64,000 bases of DNA from NCBI GenBank assembly GCA_050287085.1, contig JBNKBE010000009.1, positions 96,001 through 160,000 on the forward strand, in the 5' to 3' direction. This document shows positions 58,091 to 64,000 of the stretch, piece by piece. This stretch comes from Polyangiaceae bacterium. Lineage in GTDB: Bacteria > Myxococcota_A > Polyangia > Polyangiales > Polyangiaceae. Numbering within the stretch: position 1 is the stretch's first letter; the number at the start of each line of letters is the position of its first letter. Made by a program: the position numbers and the translations under genes. The notes beneath the pieces were generated by a model. It did no database searches. It saw only the letters and a program-made list of their open reading frames with translations, and was not told the origin of the DNA.

Positions 58091-59836
58091 TCACTCGCCG
58101 GCCGCTCGACGGTGTGACAGCACCGCTTCCGCCCGTGCTTGGGTAGCCATCCCAGTGATCATCTGAAAGGTCTTGTAGCCGCCACTCAAGTTGCGAACGC
58201 GAAAGCCGCGCTGCATCAATAGACGCGTTGCGTAATAGGAGCGCTGTCCTGCCGCGCAATACACCCACAGCTCTTTGTCGCGCGGGAGCTCCGCGGTGCG
58301 CTCTCGAAGCTCGTCCAGAGGGACGTGCAGCGCCCCCGGAACAGCGCCGCCTGCATGCTCGGCTGGCGTCCGCACGTCTAGCAGCACATGATCCTCATAG
58401 CTCATATCAACGCCGAGCCCCTCGCCTCTACTAGCCAGCACCTGCTGCCAACTGGCGGCCGGCATGTCTCCCCGCAGGAGATTCGAAGCGATGAAGCCAG
58501 CCAGATTCACCGGATCTTTTGCCGAACCATATTGAGGCGCGTAGCAGAGCTCCAAGTCTTCCAAGTCGAAGACCGACAGCTCCTGAGAAATCGCGAGGGC
58601 AAAGACGTCGATGCGACGGTCGATCCCCTCTTCACCAATCGCTTGCGCCCCGTAGATCAAACCACTGCCGCGAGCAAAGAGCACCTTCAGGTTCATGACC
58701 TTGGCACCTGGGTAGTAGGTCACGTGATTAAAGGGGTGCAGATAGATAGCCTCGTAGTCGGTGATACCCGCCGCCTGAAGTGCAGCTTCGCTGGCACCCG
58801 TTGCAGCGGCTGCAAGCCCCATGCATCCACAAATCGAGGTGGCCTGAACGCCCTTGAAGACTCGCTCCCGTCCAAATATGCAGTCGGCCGCGATACGGCC
58901 CTGACGATTGGCTGGGCCCGCTAGTGAAAGCAGACGTGTCTGCTCCGTCACCCTATCCAATACTTCAACCACATCCCCAACCGCCCAGATATGGGGGTCA
59001 CTGGTGCGCAGCGTTGCGTCGACGACGATGCCTCCGTGCTCACCAATCGCCAGCCCCGCCTGTTCGGCGAGTTCGCTCGCAGGACGCACGCCGGCGCACA
59101 ACACAACCATTTGCGTGTCGACTACGGCCCCCGAGTCGAGGGTCACTTCCAGCGCGCCAGCCACCCCCGCAACACCCGTCACCCGCGCTTGTTTGACTAC
59201 CCTGACGCCATTTTCCCGCAACCGTTGCTCGAGCGGGGCCGTCATCTCGACGTCCAGGGTCTTGAGCAGGCGGTCACCGGCCTCGACCAAGGTGACCGAA
59301 AGGCCCCGCCGGTGCAGGTTTTCGACCATTTCAAGTCCGATAAAGCCTCCACCAATGACCACCGCCTCGGTCACCCGATGCGCCTGCAAGTAGGCCCGCA
59401 TGTTCCTGGCGTCCGGCACCGTTCCCAGGGTGAATACGCCGGGCGTCTCGCTGGACACGCCCGGTATTGGAAGCGGCTTGGCCCCCGGCGACAACACCAG
59501 GGCATCGTAGTCTTCCTCGTACACCTCTCCACTGATGCGGTCCCTAACCGCAACGCAGCGTCGCTCGCGATCAATCGCAACAACCTCCTGCTGAATACGT
59601 ACGTCGATCCGGAAACGCGAGTGGAAGCGTTCGGGGGTCATCAGCAGAAGATCCTGCTCTTCGACGATGACGTTTCCCACGTGATAGGGCAGGCCGCAAT
59701 TGGCGAACGAAACGAACGCTCCGCGTTCAAACACGACGATCTCACAGTGTTCGTCCAGACGCCGGGCCCGGGCCGCAGCCGACGCCCCTCCAGCCACTCC
59801 GCCGACGATCACCAACTTTTTCGGTATTGTACTCAT
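58091..59836 (-). CDS. CoA-disulfide reductase with a fused rhodanese domain (NADH persulfide reductase-like)
   Basis: GGVAGGASAA, SFANCGLPY, GGGFIGLE, YAPQY; rhodanese DVR...YCAAGQRS. Confidence 0.93.
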   Translation of the reverse strand: MSTIPKKLVIVGGVAGGASAAARARRLDEHCEIVVFERGAFVSFANCGLPYHVGNVIVEEQDLLLMTPERFHSRFRIDVRIQQEVVAIDRERRCVAVRDRISGEVYEEDYDALVLSPGAKPLPIPGVSSETPGVFTLGTVPDARNMRAYLQAHRVTEAVVIGGGFIGLEMVENLHRRGLSVTLVEAGDRLLKTLDVEMTAPLEQRLRENGVRVVKQARVTGVAGVAGALEVTLDSGAVVDTQMVVLCAGVRPASELAEQAGLAIGEHGGIVVDATLRTSDPHIWAVGDVVEVLDRVTEQTRLLSLAGPANRQGRIAADCIFGRERVFKGVQATSICGCMGLAAAATGASEAALQAAGITDYEAIYLHPFNHVTYYPGAKVMNLKVLFARGSGLIYGAQAIGEEGIDRRIDVFALAISQELSVFDLEDLELCYAPQYGSAKDPVNLAGFIASNLLRGDMPAASWQQVLASRGEGLGVDMSYEDHVLLDVRTPAEHAGGAVPGALHVPLDELRERTAELPRDKELWVYCAAGQRSYYATRLLMQRGFRVRNLSGGYKTFQMITGMATQARAEAVLSHRRAAGE

Positions 59837-60092
59837 TCGTTCCTCAGGACCCAAAGTGCGCCGAGACAACGTCTCGTAGCGCCATGCGCGAGAACGGCTG
59901 GTGCCCCCCAGCCGCTACGCCACCAACTTCCGTGACGCGTGCCTCCGGAGGCCATTGTTAGGTCTGCGGCGCAGCGACACAGTGGGCCAAACGGCGCGCC
60001 TTCAAGACGGATAAGACGCCGCAGATCTCGCGTTACCAACAACGCTAGAGAACGGGTGCAGCGAACGGCACAAGCAGCGGCGTCGCACCTAC

Positions 60093-60779
60093 TTGGAACA
60101 TGAGGTGGCACCGCGAACGGAATTCGAAAGCTCGACGCAGAGGCGCTTTGCGGCTATCGTCGTCCTTGTGACAGCGCGCGACGTCGCCCATTGCTTCGCT
60201 CTCATGCGCGCTTTCGAGTTCCAATTCCAGCAGCGACGCCTTGTGCGCTGGGTCAAGCGGGCCTTCTGGGTCTATGCCGCATGGAGCTCGGCGCTGTGGC
60301 TGCTCCTCCCCCCGCAGCCGGGCACTCTCTATCAACGATTGACCATGCTCGGGTGGTTTATCGTGGCGTTGACGCTCGCTTGCATCTCGCGCGAGGCCGG
60401 GCTACCTGAGCCACTGATACGAACGACGGGCGCCAGCTCCTGGCACAGCCTGGTCGGGCGAGCGCTGGCGCTATTTCGACACAACGCGCCGGTCGCGTGT
60501 GGCTCGCTCGCGCTCATTGGCGCAAGCGCTTGGACACAAGCCGCCCCTCACATGCAAGCCACCCTGATGCTCCGGGCGCTCCCTAGCGGGCTGGTTGCAC
60601 TCCTGGTAACGACCGGACTACTGAGCTTCGCCGGAGCCGGTGCCTGGGCGCTGAGCCGCAGCAATCCCCGCACGCTTGTCTTGGCCCTAGTCCTGATACC
60701 CTGGTGGCTGCATGCAACTCTTCCTGAAGTGCCGTCCATACTCGATCTACATCATTGGATGATCGCAAAGGCCCTGTGA
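60093..60779 (+). CDS. Hypothetical membrane protein
   Basis: Several hydrophobic segments; start uncertain. Confidence 0.55.
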   Translation: MEHEVAPRTEFESSTQRRFAAIVVLVTARDVAHCFALMRAFEFQFQQRRLVRWVKRAFWVYAAWSSALWLLLPPQPGTLYQRLTMLGWFIVALTLACISREAGLPEPLIRTTGASSWHSLVGRALALFRHNAPVACGSLALIGASAWTQAAPHMQATLMLRALPSGLVALLVTTGLLSFAGAGAWALSRSNPRTLVLALVLIPWWLHATLPEVPSILDLHHWMIAKAL

Positions 60780-60801
60780 CTGCAACGCTTTCGATTCGCT
60801 G

Positions 60802-61803
60802 ATGCTCTCCCCGGACATGCCGCCCACGACCGAGTTGTCGCTTCAATTCGATGACGTCGAGCAGCCATCCTTCGCGCTCAACTCCAGATTCGGCGTGGGG
60901 CTCCATTGGCTTTGGAGCGATGACTTGGAACTCCTTCAGGACATTGCCAAGACTGCGGTGGGCATCAAGGCCCCCCGGCGGGGCCACGTGGCGCTGTCGC
61001 AGCGCAATCCCTATCGCGAGCCCGAAGTACGGAGAAGAATCGGCAGCTTTCTCGGTGACGTCACGTTCGACCCCAAGCAGCTGCCTTTGGGCAAGGCACG
61101 CGGCGCACGCATAAGCGGGGTACTCAATCAATTGGATGTGCTGCGAGGCGGACGTGTTGGCGCAAGCGTTGCGACCTACAGCCGTCTGGGGTTGAGCTAC
61201 GACGACCGCTTGCTTTCGGAGCTCGATCACTCAGCGCGCCGACAACTGGAATTGGCGCTTGCCCTCAGTGACTCAGCACGGGAGCTGATCGTATTGTTCC
61301 AACCGTGGTGCGCTGGCGTCGACAGCTCATCGCTGCTGGCCGCTCTCGAGCGAAGGGCGGAGGATACCGTGGTCTTGCTAGGGACAAACGCAGCTCCACC
61401 TGCGCAGTTGGCAGCTCATAAGTGGCTTTTTCACGAACGACGTCTATACGATCGAACACCACCGGAGCGCCCTGCGCGCCCGGGCGCACGGGCAAGACTC
61501 ACACTCAGCACCACTCCCAGCCAGAACCTAGCCGCTCGCTTGCGAGCGTGCGAAGACGTCTTGGGCGTAGAACTGGAAAGCGAGTCGCCGGACCGCTCCG
61601 TATGGCTCTTGGAGGGACTCTCCCGCGACGCCCTGTCGCGAGTCGCGCTTCTGGCCTGTCGCGAGCTCAATCTCCAAGTATTCGCCTTGAGCACCTCGGC
61701 CGCTACTGTGGGTCACGCCCTAAGCCTGGTTCCATCGTTGACCTCCAGCTTAACGCCGCCTCAACAGTCCCGCGATGTCCACGAAGCGAAGGCGAGCCTA
61801 TGA
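60802..61803 (+). CDS. Degenerate ABC-ATPase-like protein
   Basis: Remnants G...P..G.V, LD...RRQLELALAL and LIVLFQP; no Walker A motif. Confidence 0.55.
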   Translation: MLSPDMPPTTELSLQFDDVEQPSFALNSRFGVGLHWLWSDDLELLQDIAKTAVGIKAPRRGHVALSQRNPYREPEVRRRIGSFLGDVTFDPKQLPLGKARGARISGVLNQLDVLRGGRVGASVATYSRLGLSYDDRLLSELDHSARRQLELALALSDSARELIVLFQPWCAGVDSSSLLAALERRAEDTVVLLGTNAAPPAQLAAHKWLFHERRLYDRTPPERPARPGARARLTLSTTPSQNLAARLRACEDVLGVELESESPDRSVWLLEGLSRDALSRVALLACRELNLQVFALSTSAATVGHALSLVPSLTSSLTPPQQSRDVHEAKASL

Positions 61804-62447
61804 GCCGTCGGCCGTCGCTTAGCCCGCTCGGCACTCGTCGTGGGCTGTTGCTGGTCGGCGGTGCAATCTGCTTTGCCATGCTCGTCAGCACGGAGGTGCG
61901 TAGCCATCACGCGTATCTCGCGCATCGCATCGCCCGGGCCCACGTCGGTCTGCTCATCCCCATTCTGGCCTTGCTGCTCTCGCGCGGTACCGAGGAAACC
62001 AGAAGGTGCCTGGAACAGCGAGCCCGCTTTGGGGACAACCGGCGTATCTTGACTCTTCACGCCCTGCTCCGGCAGGCCTTGGTCACGGGAACAGCCAGCG
62101 CATTGCTCCTGGGTGTGGCCGCTCTCAGCTTGGGTATCACCCGCATATCCTCGAGCGTGCTGCTAACACTGACGGCGTTTCTGGCAGGAACGGGCTACGT
62201 CTTGTGGTGCGCGGCCGGTCAACGCCTGCTGCCGTTCCGGGGGGGTGCCATTCTCGCCCTCGTTCTAGACTGGCTGCTGGGGCGGGGTCATGGTCCAGCC
62301 GCGCAGGGGACCTTGCGGGGTCAACTCCGGGCGCTCAGCGTCGACGAGCAGTTGCTGAGCGCGGCTAGTATTGGAGCCAGCTGCGCTAGTATTCTTGCTC
62401 TGCTGGCGCTGCTGGTCGCGATTATACTGGTGCGCGAGCGTCCCTAG
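61800..62447 (+). CDS. Membrane protein, possibly a divergent ABC-2 permease
   Basis: ATGA-coupled to the upstream gene; 5-6 TM helices. Confidence 0.6.
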   Translation: MSRRPSLSPLGTRRGLLLVGGAICFAMLVSTEVRSHHAYLAHRIARAHVGLLIPILALLLSRGTEETRRCLEQRARFGDNRRILTLHALLRQALVTGTASALLLGVAALSLGITRISSSVLLTLTAFLAGTGYVLWCAAGQRLLPFRGGAILALVLDWLLGRGHGPAAQGTLRGQLRALSVDEQLLSAASIGASCASILALLALLVAIILVRERP

Positions 62448-62627
62448 CGGGCGTCACAGCCGCCGACAATACAGCTCGCTCAGGGCTGAAATGCCAGCCG
62501 CGGACGACAATTGCGATTTCGTGCCAAGACCCCCCGGCACGCCCCTGTAGGCCTGCCGCAATTGGGGCTCTCCTGCGTCCGGCAAAACTCAGTAGCGCAA
62601 CTCGTGATCCGGGGTTAGGTTGGGTGC

Positions 62628-63335
62628 GTGAAAGGGATCAACTACCTTTTCAGCAGTTATGCGGCCCTGACAACCGAGCTGGAACGCAATGACGACGAGC
62701 AGGTACTCGACCTTCCGAAGGGCGCCGACGGCATAGCCGAAGGTGAGTGGGTGCTTTCTTGTACCACTGTTGGAGAGGAGTCCTTCTCGGTGGCGGCCTG
62801 CTGCGTTGATCGCGGCGTCGGACTTCAGCTTTCTTTTAATCCCCAAGATTGGAACAAGTTGTGGCGGTTCGCGCGGCAAAACGCACCACTGAGCATGCCG
62901 CCGGTCATGCCGCCCGCGCCTTGCGCCGATACGCCTGAACCCACTGGCTCTCTTATCTTGCACATCGATCCAGACCCTGACACGCAGGAGGTCGTTCGCT
63001 GCCTGCTTCAGGCGGGGGGCTATCGCGTGCTCACCGCGGGCAGTGCTGAGGAGGCGTTTGACCTAATGTGGAGCAGCACCGTGGATCTGGTGGTGCTGGA
63101 AGCCAGGCTGCCCGGCATGAGCGGTTGCGAATTTTGCGGTCGAATTCGTCGCGACAGGCACTTCGCAAACCTGCCGGTGATCGTTCTCACGACACAATCG
63201 AGCGCCAACGAGGTCGTGCGCGCCATCGAAGTCGGAGCAGATGACTACATGAGCAAGCCCTTCAAGATGCCGGAACTCCGAGCGCGCGTGTGCGGCTTGC
63301 TGCGTCGCGCACGCATGCCCGCCCGCAGCGCCTGA
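62628..63335 (+). CDS. Atypical response regulator (N-terminal beta domain + C-terminal receiver)
   Basis: Receiver motifs ILHIDPD, DLVVLEARLPGMSG, PVIVLT, GADDYMSKPF. Confidence 0.85.
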   Translation: MKGINYLFSSYAALTTELERNDDEQVLDLPKGADGIAEGEWVLSCTTVGEESFSVAACCVDRGVGLQLSFNPQDWNKLWRFARQNAPLSMPPVMPPAPCADTPEPTGSLILHIDPDPDTQEVVRCLLQAGGYRVLTAGSAEEAFDLMWSSTVDLVVLEARLPGMSGCEFCGRIRRDRHFANLPVIVLTTQSSANEVVRAIEVGADDYMSKPFKMPELRARVCGLLRRARMPARSA

Positions 63336-63340
63336 TACCG

Positions 63341-63415
63341 CAGCGCTGTAGCTGCCCCCCAGCGCGCAACACCCCAGCGCTGTAGCTGCCCCCAGCGCGC
63401 AACACCCCAGCGCTG
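63341..63415. repeat. 33/34-bp tandem duplication
   Basis: CAGCGCTGTAGCTGCCCCC(C)AGCGCGCAACACCC twice, then CAGCGCTG, just after the regulator stop. Confidence 0.9.
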
Positions 63416-63514
63416 CATCTGTCCGCAGCGCCGTGCTTGCCCGGCGACGGGGCGAGTCCTACTCCAAGCCGGCTCCGAAGCGACAATGCGAAGGCGTCGC
63501 CACTTCGTGAGGCG

Positions 63515-64000
63515 TCATTGTTCGCGAAATGCATCCGCGGGACGCAGCCGCGCCGCGTGCATGGCGGGCCAGAGACAGGCTCCCAGGCACACCAACACCG
63601 CAAAAAGTCCGGTCAGTGCAAAGTCAGCAGGACGAATGATCACCGGCAGACGGGAGATGAAATACACCTTGGGATCAAGTGGTAAGCCGTAGGCAAGCAC
63701 CCACTTGCACAATAGAAACCCGATCAACAGCCCCAGCCCGGCTCCGACGACACCAATCACCAGCCCCTGATAGAGAAACGTCCGCAGGAGGGCCGAGTCC
63801 TTGGCGCCCATGGACTTGAGCACCGCAATCTCGCGCGTCTTGTCGAAAACGATCATGATCAAGGTCGCGATCACCGTGAAGGCGGCTACCAATATGATCA
63901 GTGCCAGGACCAGGCTCATGAGTATCTGCTGAATGCGGAGAGCAGTAAACAAGCCGTGGTTCAGCTCTTCCCAGTCCATGGTGTGATAGATGCCGTTGCT
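63515..64000 (-). CDS. LolC/LolE (FtsX-like) lipoprotein-releasing permease, C-terminal part
   Basis: DW.ELN..LF.AL, IILVAAF, EIAVLKSMGA, VYFISRLP, PA..AARL.PA; open at the right edge. Confidence 0.88.
   Translation of the reverse strand, partial: SNGIYHTMDWEELNHGLFTALRIQQILMSLVLALIILVAAFTVIATLIMIVFDKTREIAVLKSMGAKDSALLRTFLYQGLVIGVVGAGLGLLIGFLLCKWVLAYGLPLDPKVYFISRLPVIIRPADFALTGLFAVLVCLGACLWPAMHAARLRPADAFREQ

Noticed and set aside
62510..62526. Sigma54-like TGGCACG...GC on the minus strand
   Set aside because: The GG-to-GC spacing is 9 nt rather than 10, and it points into the end of a plus-strand gene.
1..64000. tRNA, rRNA, transposase, integrase, prophage or anti-phage defence genes
   Set aside because: None recognised. 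The CAAX/Abi protease alone is not evidence of abortive infection.

Overview
GC-rich bacterial chromosomal DNA, most likely from Myxococcota (Polyangiales-like). This placement is inferred from a tandem Hanks-type Ser/Thr kinase, a MYXO-CTERM-like matrixin, vWA and Sel1 lipoproteins, and an orphan MotB/OmpA lipoprotein. About 50 CDSs are densely packed. I found no tRNA, rRNA, IS element, prophage or CRISPR array. Recognisable modules: a GldA/F/G-like ABC operon with a DUF4340 protein; an ECF sigma with a NrsF-like anti-sigma and a clear ECF-type promoter; phosphomannomutase; RluA-family synthase; a DEAD-box helicase with a structured leader; a GntR(UTRA)-trpB-trpA operon behind a perfect 16-bp inverted repeat and followed by an apparently dead M28 peptidase; hemerythrin with a CheW-less CheA-like kinase; a CzcCBA-type RND pump with a divergent membrane-anchored LuxR; an SLC12-like transporter; and CoA-disulfide reductase-rhodanese. 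The most unusual observations are four unrelated tandem arrays sharing an 18-bp unit length (plus shorter duplications, often at stop codons), the GntR-controlled stand-alone trpBA operon, the hemerythrin/kinase pair, and several pseudo-enzymes. All calls come from reading motifs by eye, with no database searches, and start codons are estimates.
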